A DNA stretch of 64,000 bases from Thermoanaerobaculia bacterium (GTDB lineage Bacteria; Acidobacteriota; Thermoanaerobaculia; Multivoradales; Multivoraceae), in assembly GCA_963664405.1 (NCBI GenBank), contig OY761158.1, forward strand, positions 96,001 through 160,000. The letters run 5' to 3'. The notes under the pieces were generated by a model. The model saw nothing but the letters and a program-made list of their open reading frames with translations. It was not told the origin of the DNA and searched no databases. The first letter of the stretch is position 1. Every line of letters begins with the position of its first letter. A program made the translations under genes and the position numbers. Shown here piece by piece: positions 49,273-58,880 of the stretch.

Positions 49273-50343
49273 CTACCCCGGCAGCGCAGCCGCCAGCGCA
49301 TGAAAGCGCCGGCGCCACGAGTTCGAGTCTCTCTCCAGTTGGCGACGATGGGCAACAAGACTGTAGATCCGATTACGCTCCTGATCGATCCAGAGGCTGG
49401 TCCCGGTGAAGCCAACGTGGCCGAAGGCAGCGGCCGAGAGCGCCGGTCCAGCCGAGCCTCGGACACGTCTCCTGGCCCAGCCCATTGCCCAGGGAGCCCC
49501 GCCGCTGATTGCTCGAAGAGCCTCCTGTGGTGGAAGCAGCGAGGCGCTGCCGTTGACCGTATCGAGCCAGACACGACCAAGGCCGAGTAGCCCCATTGTC
49601 GTGACGAAGAGCCCCGCATGCCCGGCCAGTCCACCGAGGAACCTGGCATTACCGTCCTGCGGTTGGCCCAGATCGGGGCCCCCTCGAGGAGCGATGGAAA
49701 TGCCCTGCTCGGCACCGAGCTCGACCTCTCGCCCGTTGCCGCACAGGCAGCGCACGACATCCAGCTCACGCCCTGGCATCTTGGCTACCCCCTCGATGCC
49801 AAGGGGCTTCAAGGCGCGCTCCTGCAGGAGATCCCAGAGGCTCGCCCCCAGGACGCGCTCGGCCGAAAAGCCCCAGAGCGCATAGTCGAGATCGGAGTAG
49901 GTGCCCGGAGCTGCTCCGCAGAGCTTCCCGCTCACGAGAAGCCGCTCGGCACTCGCTTGGGAGCGGCATCGACGGTAGAGCGGAGTCCAAGGCCGCAGTC
50001 CCGCCCGGTGCCTGAGAAGATCCTCCACTCTCTTCCTCGCCAGGTGCGGCGAGCAGCCCGGCCAGATGTCGCCAAGATTGCTGTCGAGCGGCATCGAGCC
50101 ATCCTGGTGCAGCCGCAGCGCCAAGGTGGCCATGAACGGCTTGGTGAGAGACGCCGCGTCAAAGAGAGTCGTGGGTGAGATGCCAATGCCCTCGGTATCC
50201 GCATCGACACTCTCGAAAGCCAAGGTTTCGGCCCCGCTCGATACCGATGCCGCAGCCGCCGAGATGCCCCCGCAGTCCCGCCAATTGTCGAGGAGCTCGC
50301 GGAGGGTCGAGCCTGATGCGCCGTTGAACGAGCCGCCCTTCAG
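49273..50343 (-). CDS. Serine hydrolase, beta-lactamase/AmpC family; probable CTG start
   Basis: FDAASLTK (SxxK), LLRHRAGL, YSD, GHAGLF, FGHVGFTGTSLWID; AAGGAG 7 nt before CTG 50343. Confidence 0.85.
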   Translation of the reverse strand: MKGGSFNGASGSTLRELLDNWRDCGGISAAAASVSSGAETLAFESVDADTEGIGISPTTLFDAASLTKPFMATLALRLHQDGSMPLDSNLGDIWPGCSPHLARKRVEDLLRHRAGLRPWTPLYRRCRSQASAERLLVSGKLCGAAPGTYSDLDYALWGFSAERVLGASLWDLLQERALKPLGIEGVAKMPGRELDVVRCLCGNGREVELGAEQGISIAPRGGPDLGQPQDGNARFLGGLAGHAGLFVTTMGLLGLGRVWLDTVNGSASLLPPQEALRAISGGAPWAMGWARRRVRGSAGPALSAAAFGHVGFTGTSLWIDQERNRIYSLVAHRRQLERDSNSWRRRFHALAAALPG

Positions 50344-50365
50344 AGTGGGACTCCTTTCCTGCGCC

Positions 50366-51601
50366 TCAGGGGTGGTCCGCGAGCCAAGCTCTCGGGTCGA
50401 GCTCATAGGGCAGACAGGTGAGGCACTCGAGTCCATCGGCGTCAAGATAGAAGAGATCCTCGAGTCGCACTGCAAAGCTCTCCTCGGGGTAGTAGAGACC
50501 TGGCTCGAGGGTGAGAACGTCACCTTCCTCGAACCCGCCATCGGCGAGAGTGTTCTCGCGGCGAAACTCGGGGTATTCGTGAAGCTCGTAACCGACGCCG
50601 TGCCCAAGCCCGTGAACGTACCCGGAAGCGAGGTTCTCTTCGTCGAGCGAAGTGGCATGACCTGCCGCCCCCAGGTGCTCACAGACGGCGGTCTGAAGCT
50701 CCCAGCCCAGAGTGCCGACGGTGACCCGACTACGTGCCAGCTCGAGAGCCTCGTACACGCTCCTGTGCGCGGCCAACAGCCGCTCCGAAGGTGTGCCGAC
50801 ACAGAATGTACGAGTGCAATCCGCGTACATTCGCCGCCGCGGAAAGAGGTCAACGATCAGTGACACGCCCTCCCGAACAACACTCTCGTCGTGTCCAGTA
50901 TTGTGGGGTACGGCGCCTTCCCTACCTGGCGCCAGTAGGTTTCCTTCAGGCTCTTCGAGTCCGAGCGCGGCGAACAAGAGAGCGACCTCTCGGCGCAGGG
51001 TCGAGACCCGCAAGCGGCTCCCCCGCCACCATAGCTCTCCGTCTCTCGACGTCGCCCCGCCCAGAATTTCGACGATGCGTCTGAAGGCTCGCACGGTACC
51101 TCCCGCGACTTCACGAATCTCGGCGACCTCTGCCCTCGACTTTCGCTTTCTCAGTTGCAAGATCAAGGAGTTGCCGGAAACGAAGCTCCAACCTTCCGTT
51201 CGCAACTGGGTGATCGCCTCCTCGAGGTACCCACTGGAATAAGAACCGGCCAAAGCCAGCTTCCCCCGTGACAACCCTGCATGGAGCAGGCCCCTAGCCA
51301 GCGCCCAGGCGAGGACGACACCACGGCTCGCTCCCTCTCGCGCCGCACGGTCGATCTCGAGAGCTTCGGGGTCGAGGACAGCGAGTCCCGACAGCTCAGC
51401 CTCCTCACGTTCGAGTGGCGAGAAAAAGCCAAGCTTCGGCGCTCGTCCCTTCGGCGCGATCACAAAGCACTCACCGAGCCGGGAACGCCCGGTAAAGGGC
51501 ACCAGGTCCGGCTCTCGAGAGGAGGCTCCGAGGACCACGAGCGCATCAGCGCCTACTTCGCCCAGAAGACGATCTATGTGCTCTTGGTTTGGTGCGGCCA
51601 T
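50366..51601 (-). CDS. M24 family (Xaa-Pro) aminopeptidase
   Basis: VDLFP, YADCTRTF, HGLGHGVGYELHEYP, TLEPGLY, VRLED. Confidence 0.9.
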   Translation of the reverse strand: MAAPNQEHIDRLLGEVGADALVVLGASSREPDLVPFTGRSRLGECFVIAPKGRAPKLGFFSPLEREEAELSGLAVLDPEALEIDRAAREGASRGVVLAWALARGLLHAGLSRGKLALAGSYSSGYLEEAITQLRTEGWSFVSGNSLILQLRKRKSRAEVAEIREVAGGTVRAFRRIVEILGGATSRDGELWWRGSRLRVSTLRREVALLFAALGLEEPEGNLLAPGREGAVPHNTGHDESVVREGVSLIVDLFPRRRMYADCTRTFCVGTPSERLLAAHRSVYEALELARSRVTVGTLGWELQTAVCEHLGAAGHATSLDEENLASGYVHGLGHGVGYELHEYPEFRRENTLADGGFEEGDVLTLEPGLYYPEESFAVRLEDLFYLDADGLECLTCLPYELDPRAWLADHP

Positions 51602-51648
51602 CGCCTTCAGGCTCGGGCCGCCAACCACGGCTGACAGCGAAGCCCCCT

Positions 51649-51984
51649 TTAGCCCTCACTGTTCCTGCGGATGAAGTCCTCGAAGGCGGGTTTCGGCATC
51701 GCGCCCATCATGCGATCGGCTACCTCACCATCCTTGAAAAGGATGAAAGTGGGAATGCTCGATACCTGGTACTGCATCGCCAGCTGCTGACTGCTGTCGA
51801 CATCGACCTTGGCAATGCGCAAACGCCCGTCCCACTCCTCTGCGAGCTCCTCGAGTACCGGGGCAACTTGACGACACGGGCCGCACCAAGTGGCCCAAAA
51901 GTCGACGATCACGGGCACATTCGAGCCCAAGACGGTCTCCTTGAAATTTTCCGTATCAACGTGGACGATCTTCTCGCTTGCCAT
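51649..51984 (-). CDS. trxA: Thioredoxin
   Basis: VDFWATWCGPC, SIPT. Confidence 0.97.
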   Translation of the reverse strand: MASEKIVHVDTENFKETVLGSNVPVIVDFWATWCGPCRQVAPVLEELAEEWDGRLRIAKVDVDSSQQLAMQYQVSSIPTFILFKDGEVADRMMGAMPKPAFEDFIRRNSEG

Positions 51985-52030
51985 TCAATTCTCTCCTTCT
52001 GGCAGGAACTCGGTCTTTCTTGTTGGTTTC

Positions 52031-52984
52031 CTATCGAGGCTCTACTTCTTGGAGGCTGGCAAAATAGGACCTTGCCCTCTCCACGTCGCGCCCGATCTGG
52101 GCCGACAGATCCATCATACTGGGGAAGATGCGCTCCTCACGCAAACGCTTGAAAAAGCTCAGGTCGACCCGCTCACCGTACACATCGGCGTTGAAGTCGA
52201 GGATGTGGCTCTCGACCACTCGCTGGTAGTTCTCGTACACAGTAGGTCGAGTTCCGATGTTGGTGACCGCATCGAAGGTCGCTGGAAAGGTCGGAAAATG
52301 CACGCGGCAAGAATAGACTCCGTCGTCGGGTACGAGATCGTTGTCGGCGACGACATTGATGGTGGGCCAGCCGAGGCGCTTTCCCATCCGGTCGCCGCGG
52401 GCGATGAGACCGGTGATGGAGTAAGGGCGCCCGAGAAGCTCTCGAGCTTCGGCAACCTCGCCCTCCAGCAGCGCATGCCGAATGCGAGTGCTCGAGACCG
52501 CATCTCCGTGCATCTCCACTTCATCGACCGCGGTCGCACTGAAACCGAAGCTGTCCGCCATCTGCCGCAGCAGTGAAAGATCGCCGCCACGATCGTGACC
52601 GAAGGAGAAGCGGGAGCCGACGTAGATCTCTTTTGCATCGAGTGTGCGATGAAGAAAGTCACGAACGAAGGTCCGAGCCGGTAGACGAGAGAACTCGGTC
52701 GTGAAGCGGATCACGAGGACGACATCAATGCCAAGCTCGTCGAGAATGGCCTCCTTCTGCCTCTGGGTGGTGAGCAGGGGAACGGTGGATTCGGGACGGA
52801 GCACGCTCCTGGGATGGGGCTCGAAGGTCACTACTGCGGTGGGAAAGCCGGTCTCGACTCCGCGAGCCTTGACCAGGTCCAGGACCTCTCGCTGGCCCAA
52901 ATGGATGCCGTCGTAGTTCCCGATCGTGGCGATAACGCCACGGGGAACGTCGCCCGCGTTCATGGCGTCGTGGACTACTTGCAT
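52031..52984 (-). CDS. ribF: Bifunctional riboflavin kinase / FAD synthetase
   Basis: IGNYDGIHLGQ, TFEPHP, VSSTRIR, LGWPTIN, NIGTRPT, ESHILDF. Confidence 0.96.
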   Translation of the reverse strand: MQVVHDAMNAGDVPRGVIATIGNYDGIHLGQREVLDLVKARGVETGFPTAVVTFEPHPRSVLRPESTVPLLTTQRQKEAILDELGIDVVLVIRFTTEFSRLPARTFVRDFLHRTLDAKEIYVGSRFSFGHDRGGDLSLLRQMADSFGFSATAVDEVEMHGDAVSSTRIRHALLEGEVAEARELLGRPYSITGLIARGDRMGKRLGWPTINVVADNDLVPDDGVYSCRVHFPTFPATFDAVTNIGTRPTVYENYQRVVESHILDFNADVYGERVDLSFFKRLREERIFPSMMDLSAQIGRDVERARSYFASLQEVEPR

Positions 52985-54369
52985 GCCACGACACTCCGGC
53001 TCGGTGAACTATCGCTTGGAGTCAGAATGTGCCCCACCAGATCGTCCGCATAGGCCTCGACGATCTTCACCCGGGCGAGCTCACCCGGCGCGCACTGCCC
53101 CTTGGCCAAGAGCAGTCTGCCATCGATTCCCGGTGCCATGCCCTGATGGCGTCCCTCGAGCAGGTGCTCGGTCTCTTCGCAGACTCCTTCCACCAGAACT
53201 TCCAGATCCTCTCCGACCAGTTTCTCTCTACGGCCCAAAGAGATAGGTCTCTGCAGCTCCAACAGTCTGGCGCGACGTTCTTCCGCGACCCGACGCGTGC
53301 TCACGCTATCGAGCTCTGCGGACGGAGTTCCCTCCTCCGGGCTGTAGACGAAGGCTCCGACATGATCGAGGGAGGCCTTCTCCACAAATCGCTCGAGATG
53401 GCGAGAATGCTCTTCGGTCTCGTTGGGAAATCCAACGATAAACGTGCTCCGCAGCCAGATCTCCGGCACCAAGGCGCGGGCCGAATCGAGCAGTTCCAAG
53501 TACTGACTCTCATTCCCCGCCCGCCTCATCACTTTGAGGACCTCGGGATGGCTGTGCTGAAGGGGAATGTCCAGATAGGAACAGAAGCGCTCTTCTTCGC
53601 CCATCAACTGAAGTAGCTCGCGATCGAGAGTAGAAGGATACGCGTAGAGGAAGCGAATCCAAGGAGCATCACAGCCAGCCAGAAGGGCCTCGACCAATCT
53701 CAGCAGGCCGTGTCGGCCGAGCCCCAGATCCTCTCCATAGCGCGTAGTGTCCTGAGCGACCAGGCACACTTCGCGTGCTCCACGATCGACCAGCTCGCGC
53801 GCCTCGGTAACCAGGCTGGCGATGCTGCGGCTACGAAACCTGCCACGCCACTGCGGTATGGCACAGAAGGTACAGGGGTTATTACACCCCTCCGCAACCT
53901 TGAGATACGCGTAGCCCGGAGTGGTCAATCGCCGAGCGTCGCTTTCATCGAAAACCATTTCGGAACGACTCGGAGACGGGGCCGCGGCGCCGAGGTGCAC
54001 CAGGTCGCCTACTTCGCGTAGATCGTCGAGGCCCAGGAAGACGTCGATCTCGGGAATCTCTCGAGCCAGTTGCTCGGCATAGCGATTCACCATGCAGCCG
54101 GCCACGACAAGTCTTTCGAGCCCATCGCCCTTGCGCGCGGCTACTTCCAGAATCGTATCGATCGACTCTTGCTTGGCCTCGTCGATGAAGGCACAGGTGT
54201 TGACGATGATCGTGTCCGCTGCGTCGAGACTCTGGGTGAGCTCGTAACCCTCGGCCTCGAGGCGACCGAGCATGATCTCGGTATCGACCCGATTTTTCGG
54301 ACAGCCGAGACTGATCATGCCGACCCGGCGCGGGCGCGTCGGGGCCTTACCTGGGAGATCCTCCTTCAT
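52975..54369 (-). CDS. rimO: Ribosomal protein S12 methylthiotransferase
   Basis: SLGCPKNRVDTE, NTCAFI, EGCNNPCTFCAIP radical SAM motif, AQDTTRYG, C-terminal TRAM domain. Confidence 0.95.
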   Translation of the reverse strand: MKEDLPGKAPTRPRRVGMISLGCPKNRVDTEIMLGRLEAEGYELTQSLDAADTIIVNTCAFIDEAKQESIDTILEVAARKGDGLERLVVAGCMVNRYAEQLAREIPEIDVFLGLDDLREVGDLVHLGAAAPSPSRSEMVFDESDARRLTTPGYAYLKVAEGCNNPCTFCAIPQWRGRFRSRSIASLVTEARELVDRGAREVCLVAQDTTRYGEDLGLGRHGLLRLVEALLAGCDAPWIRFLYAYPSTLDRELLQLMGEEERFCSYLDIPLQHSHPEVLKVMRRAGNESQYLELLDSARALVPEIWLRSTFIVGFPNETEEHSRHLERFVEKASLDHVGAFVYSPEEGTPSAELDSVSTRRVAEERRARLLELQRPISLGRREKLVGEDLEVLVEGVCEETEHLLEGRHQGMAPGIDGRLLLAKGQCAPGELARVKIVEAYADDLVGHILTPSDSSPSRSVVACK

Positions 54370-56225
54370 GGCGACGAGGGGGCGGCTGGCTTCGACTCCA
54401 ATCCGGTCACGAGCTCCTCCATCCAGAGGTGCTCTCCTTTCATCACGTTCATCGCCGTCCGATACTTTTCGACGTCCTCATTCCGCCACAGGTCTCGAAA
54501 CAGCTCTTCTACGCGTCGCCGCGAACCTCGGCAGAAGACATCGGCGAGCTCGGCCGCCGGGGCACCTAGCTCGTCGTCCTTGCGCGACATGGCGAGGGCT
54601 CTCGAGGCGGAAGCAGAGATGGCGAAGAGCTCGTTGACGATATCAACAAGGCGAAAGAGAAAGGCCTGCTTTTGCTCCAATTGAGCCCTGTGGACCAACA
54701 TGCCATGAAAACTCTCTCGCGCCAGCTTCCGCGACTTGCGCTCCACGAAGCGCAGATGTGTGGCGAGAGCCCCGAACTCGCCGTAGCGAGGCCAACGGCC
54801 CCACCCCAGCCAACGCGTCGGGTACCACCAGGCATAAAAGAAGGCCACGGCCGGAAGCGCCGCGAGCTTCTCTCCAACACCCTTCTTTGGATCCACCAAG
54901 GCGCCGGCGACCTGTAAGTGCTTGTCTACCGCCTCACGAGCCATGATCAGATGCATGATCTCGCTCGATCCCTCGAAGATGCGATTGATGCGGAAGTCCC
55001 GCATCATGCGCTCGACCCCCCAGGCTTCCTCCCCGCGAGCCGCCAGCGAAGACTCCGTCTCGTAGCCGCGGCCGCCCCGGATCTGCATGGTCTCGTCAAT
55101 GATGTGCCAGCCTCGGTCGGTGTTCCACTCTTTACAGGCGGCCGCTTCGAGCCGAAGATCTCGGTCGCCCCTGTTGGCCATATCCGAAGCGAGCTTGACG
55201 ATCGACTCCATCGCGAAAGTCGTCGCGGCGATATCGCTGATCTTCTGAGCAATCGCCTCGTGGCGGCCTATGGGCAGCCCCCACTGGACCCGCTCGCTGG
55301 ACCACTTGCGCACGATGCGAAGGCACTGTTTGGCGACCCCGACACAGCCGTTGGGAATGGAAAGCCGACCATCGTTGAGGGTTGTGAGGGCGATTTTCAG
55401 CCCCTTGCCCTCCTTGCCGATCAGATTCGCCCGAGGTATGCGGACGTTGTCGAAGGCAATCACGCCGTTGGCGAGGGCCTTGAGTCCCATGAAGTAGCAA
55501 CGGCGCTCGACCGTGACCCCCGGCCACGCAGTCTCCACCACGAAAGCACTGATCTTCAAGGTTTCCGGGTCCGTCGCCATGACTACCAGAAGCTCCGCAA
55601 GGGTGCCGTTGGTACACCACAGCTTCTTGCCGTGGAGAACATAGTCATCCCCGTCGAGGACGGCGGTCGTCGACAAACGCGCCGGATCCGAGCCCGCTTG
55701 ATCCTCGGTCAGGGCGAAAGCGGAGATCGCACCCTTGGCGCAGCGAGGGAGATACTTCCTTTTCAGCTCCTCGGTGCCGAAGAGCTTCAGGGGCTGCGGG
55801 ACTCCGATCGACTGATGGGCGGACAGCAGCGCCATCACGTTGCCGTCGTGGGAGCCGACGAGCTCCATGACCTGCGCATACTCCACCTGGTCGAAGCCCA
55901 TCCCGCCGTACTCCTTCGGGATCTTCAGCCCAAAGGCGCCGAGCTCTCGCAGTCCGTCGAGGACATGCTGCGGGTAGTCTTCTCCTTCGTCGATCTCGAC
56001 CGGGTTCACCTCATCTCGCAGAAAGGCCTCGAATGCGCTGTAAAAGGCAACGAATTCGGGTCTCTCCGGCTTGAGCACTGGATAGGGATGAATCAGATCG
56101 AGGCGAAAATTGCCGAGGAACAGCTCGCGCATGAAGCTGGGCTGTGTCCACTCAGTCTCGCGGGACTCCTCCGCGACTCGGCGTGACTCTGCCTCGCTGA
56201 CCTGCCTGACCTCTTCGGCGCTCAC
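54366..56225 (-). CDS. Acyl-CoA dehydrogenase (long form)
   Basis: FALTEDQAGSD, KLWCTNG, LNDGRL, QIRGGRGY, RIFEGSSEI; start trimmed to GTG 56225 after GGGAGG. Confidence 0.93.
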   Translation of the reverse strand: MSAEEVRQVSEAESRRVAEESRETEWTQPSFMRELFLGNFRLDLIHPYPVLKPERPEFVAFYSAFEAFLRDEVNPVEIDEGEDYPQHVLDGLRELGAFGLKIPKEYGGMGFDQVEYAQVMELVGSHDGNVMALLSAHQSIGVPQPLKLFGTEELKRKYLPRCAKGAISAFALTEDQAGSDPARLSTTAVLDGDDYVLHGKKLWCTNGTLAELLVVMATDPETLKISAFVVETAWPGVTVERRCYFMGLKALANGVIAFDNVRIPRANLIGKEGKGLKIALTTLNDGRLSIPNGCVGVAKQCLRIVRKWSSERVQWGLPIGRHEAIAQKISDIAATTFAMESIVKLASDMANRGDRDLRLEAAACKEWNTDRGWHIIDETMQIRGGRGYETESSLAARGEEAWGVERMMRDFRINRIFEGSSEIMHLIMAREAVDKHLQVAGALVDPKKGVGEKLAALPAVAFFYAWWYPTRWLGWGRWPRYGEFGALATHLRFVERKSRKLARESFHGMLVHRAQLEQKQAFLFRLVDIVNELFAISASASRALAMSRKDDELGAPAAELADVFCRGSRRRVEELFRDLWRNEDVEKYRTAMNVMKGEHLWMEELVTGLESKPAAPSSP

Positions 56226-56335
56226 GACGCCTCCCTTGAGTGGTTTATGCGGGAGGGGTGGCCCTGGACCCACCCGAAGGTCCATTCTAGCAGCAACCGC
56301 AGCTCCGCAACCGCCCTCTTCCCCGCGAGTCGCGC

Positions 56336-56809
56336 TTCTCGGAGACGGCTCGCTCGATGACTCGCGGAATGGGCCCGCGCCGCTTCTCGGAGCGGATAGG
56401 AAGCAACGCCCAAGTGCGCCGTCCTCGGCGCCATGTTCAGCATCCGGAGGAAGTGATAGCCATCACCTCTGGAGGCGGGCACCGACTCCGCCGGATCGCC
56501 CGTTCTCGGAGACGGCTTGACCGAGGACTCGCAGAATCGACCCACGTCGCTTCCCGAAGCGGATAGGAAGCATCGCCCAAGTGCGCCGTCCTCGGCGCCA
56601 TGTTCAGCAGCCGGAGGAAGTGATAGCCATCACTTCTGGAGGCGGGCACCGACTCCGCCGGATCGCCCGTTCTCGGAGACGGCTTGACCGAGGACTCGCA
56701 GAATCGACCCACGTCGCTTCCCGAAGCGGATAGGAAGCATCGCCCAAGTGCGCCGTCCTCGGCGCCATGTTCGGCATCCGGAGGAAGTGATAGCCATCAC
56801 TTCTGGAGG
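56336..56809. repeat. Tandem array of about 2.8 copies of a 167-bp unit
   Basis: TTCTCGGAGACGGCT at 56336, 56503, 56670; GAAGTGATAGCCATCACYTC at 56450, 56617, 56784. Confidence 0.95.
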
Positions 56810-56812
56810 ATG

Positions 56813-58126
56813 CTAAGGATAGATGCGATAGAGCATCCGTGGATACGGAATCGTCTCTCGCAAATGTTTGAGGCCCGCTACCCAAGCCACGAATCGCTCG
56901 ATCCCCATGCCGAAGCCGCTGTGGGGAAAAGTGCCGTAGCGGCGGATATCGAGATACCACTTAAAGGCCTCTAGTGGCAGATCGTGCTCTTCGAGCCGTT
57001 GCAACAAGAGATCGTAGTCGTGAATCCGCTGACTGCCTCCGATGATCTCTCCGTAGCCCTCCGGGGCAAGAATGTCGAGAGCGAGCGCGGTCCGCGGGTC
57101 CAAATCGTCGGGCTGCATATAGAAGGCTTTGACCTCTTTCGGAAAGTGCGTGAGCATCATCGGGCGGTTGTGCTCCAGAGCCAGGGCAGTTTCCTCTTCG
57201 GCGCCGAAGTCAGAGCCCCACTCCACTGCCCGACCCTGCCCCTGCAGCGTCACGAGAGCCTCCTCGTAGCGTACTCGCGGAAACGGACGCTTGACCTCTT
57301 CGAGCACACTGGTATCGCGCTCGAGCACATCGAGGGGCTCCTTACACCGCTCCAGGACGCGCTCCACCAGAGAACAAACAAACTCCTCCGCCAACTCGCA
57401 GAGCCCCTCGAACTCCAAAAAGGCAACTTCGGGCTCGACCATCCAAAACTCCGTAAGGTGTCGACGGGTCTTTGACTTCTCTGCCCGAAAGGTAGGCCCG
57501 AAGCAATAAACCTTACCGAGGGCGGCAGCCGCAGGCTCGAGGTAGAGTTGTCCCGACTGACTGAGAAATGCCGGGTCTCCGAAATAGTCGGTCTCGAAGA
57601 GTGTCGAGGTCCCCTCGCAGGCAGCCGGAGTCAGGATCGGCGAGTCGATCAGGGTGAAGTCGCGCTCATAGAAGAAGTCGCGGATGCCCTGAGAGACTTC
57701 GCTGCGAATGCGAAGTGCGGCGCGTTGCCGACTGGAGCGAAGCCAGAGGTGGCGATGCTCCATGAGAAAGCTGACGCCGTGATCCTTCGGAGTAATCGGG
57801 TACTCCTCACTGGTCGCCACCGTTGCCACAGTCTTGGCGTGCAGCTCGTAGCCTCCAGGAGCGCGAGCATCAGCGCTGACGGTCCCGAGGACGTGCACCA
57901 CCGCCTCCTGACCGGCTCGCTGGACCTCTTCCCAGGCCTTCTCACCGACGTCAGCTCGGCTCGCGACCGCTTGCACGACTCCGCTCCCGTCCCGAATCTG
58001 GAGAAAGGCGATCTTGCCGCTCGACCTCTTTTTGTCGACCCAGCCACGAACCCAAACCGGGCTGCCGACATGTCTCCCCAGATCGCGGACCGGCACCACC
58101 GGCTCAGATTCGCGCACGCGCGGCAT
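56813..58126 (-). CDS. asnS: Asparagine--tRNA ligase
   Basis: HRHLWLRS, CEGTSTLF, FRAEKSKTRRHLTEFWMVEPE, GEIIGGSQR, GMGIER. Confidence 0.96.
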   Translation of the reverse strand: MPRVRESEPVVPVRDLGRHVGSPVWVRGWVDKKRSSGKIAFLQIRDGSGVVQAVASRADVGEKAWEEVQRAGQEAVVHVLGTVSADARAPGGYELHAKTVATVATSEEYPITPKDHGVSFLMEHRHLWLRSSRQRAALRIRSEVSQGIRDFFYERDFTLIDSPILTPAACEGTSTLFETDYFGDPAFLSQSGQLYLEPAAAALGKVYCFGPTFRAEKSKTRRHLTEFWMVEPEVAFLEFEGLCELAEEFVCSLVERVLERCKEPLDVLERDTSVLEEVKRPFPRVRYEEALVTLQGQGRAVEWGSDFGAEEETALALEHNRPMMLTHFPKEVKAFYMQPDDLDPRTALALDILAPEGYGEIIGGSQRIHDYDLLLQRLEEHDLPLEAFKWYLDIRRYGTFPHSGFGMGIERFVAWVAGLKHLRETIPYPRMLYRIYP

Positions 58127-58176
58127 TGTAGCAGCGCAAAGCAGCCGAGCTCAGACCCCGGGTAGGCTCAGCCGCC

Positions 58177-58875
58177 TCAGTCCTGCACCGACCAGGGCCG
58201 AGCAGCGAGAGCCTCTTGTGCGGCGAACTGCTCGGCGATCTTCTTGCTACTGCCGCTGCCCTCTCCGGCGGGCACGCCGTCGACCAGAACCTCGACGGTG
58301 AAAATCTTGCGGTGATCCGGACCTTCCTCAGCAACGACCCGGTAGATTGGAGGCTCGAGCCCCATCCCCTGCAGCTCCTCCTGTAGAGAGCTCTTGGCGT
58401 CGCTTCTTCCCGGGTCGGCGCGGGTGTAGGCGAAGTCGAGAAAAGATTCGATCACTCCCCGTGCCGCATCCAGCCCTCCGTCCAGGTAGACCGCGCCGAG
58501 AACCGCCTCCATCGAATCCGCCAGCAATGAGCTCTTGGCTCGTCCCCCGCTGCGCTCCTCACCTTGGCTGAGCAACAACAGAGAGCCGAGATCGAGCTTC
58601 TCAGCGTAGGCAGCGAGCGAGTCGGCAGAGACCAGTTGACTCTTCCGCAGCGCCAGATCCCCTTCGCGACTCTCGGCGAGCTCTCGATACAGCCATTCAG
58701 AAACGACCAGGCCCAGGACCGAGTCGCCGAGGAACTCCATCCGCTCGTAGTGCCGCCCCAGAGCGAGCTCATGCGCCGCCGAACGGTGAGTTCTGGCAGT
58801 CTCTAGAAAAGCCCTGTCAACGAACTGATAGCCCAGCCGAGCTTCGAAGTCGGCTAACTTCGCCGCGCTCTCCAT
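58177..58875 (-). CDS. rnc: Ribonuclease III
   Basis: THRS, YERMEFLGDSVL, ADSMEAVLGAVYLD, dsRBD; start trimmed to ATG 58875. Confidence 0.96.
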   Translation of the reverse strand: MESAAKLADFEARLGYQFVDRAFLETARTHRSAAHELALGRHYERMEFLGDSVLGLVVSEWLYRELAESREGDLALRKSQLVSADSLAAYAEKLDLGSLLLLSQGEERSGGRAKSSLLADSMEAVLGAVYLDGGLDAARGVIESFLDFAYTRADPGRSDAKSSLQEELQGMGLEPPIYRVVAEEGPDHRKIFTVEVLVDGVPAGEGSGSSKKIAEQFAAQEALAARPWSVQD

Positions 58876-58880
58876 CCAGC

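Noticed and set aside
49273-50343. Acquired antibiotic-resistance beta-lactamase
   Set aside because: No signal peptide or mobile context; the motifs fit the broad chromosomal serine hydrolase family.
56336-56809. CRISPR array or repetitive protein gene
   Set aside because: Sequences between the palindromes are near-identical rather than unique spacers and no cas genes are present; the 167-bp period shifts frame each unit, so the short ORFs there are artefacts.
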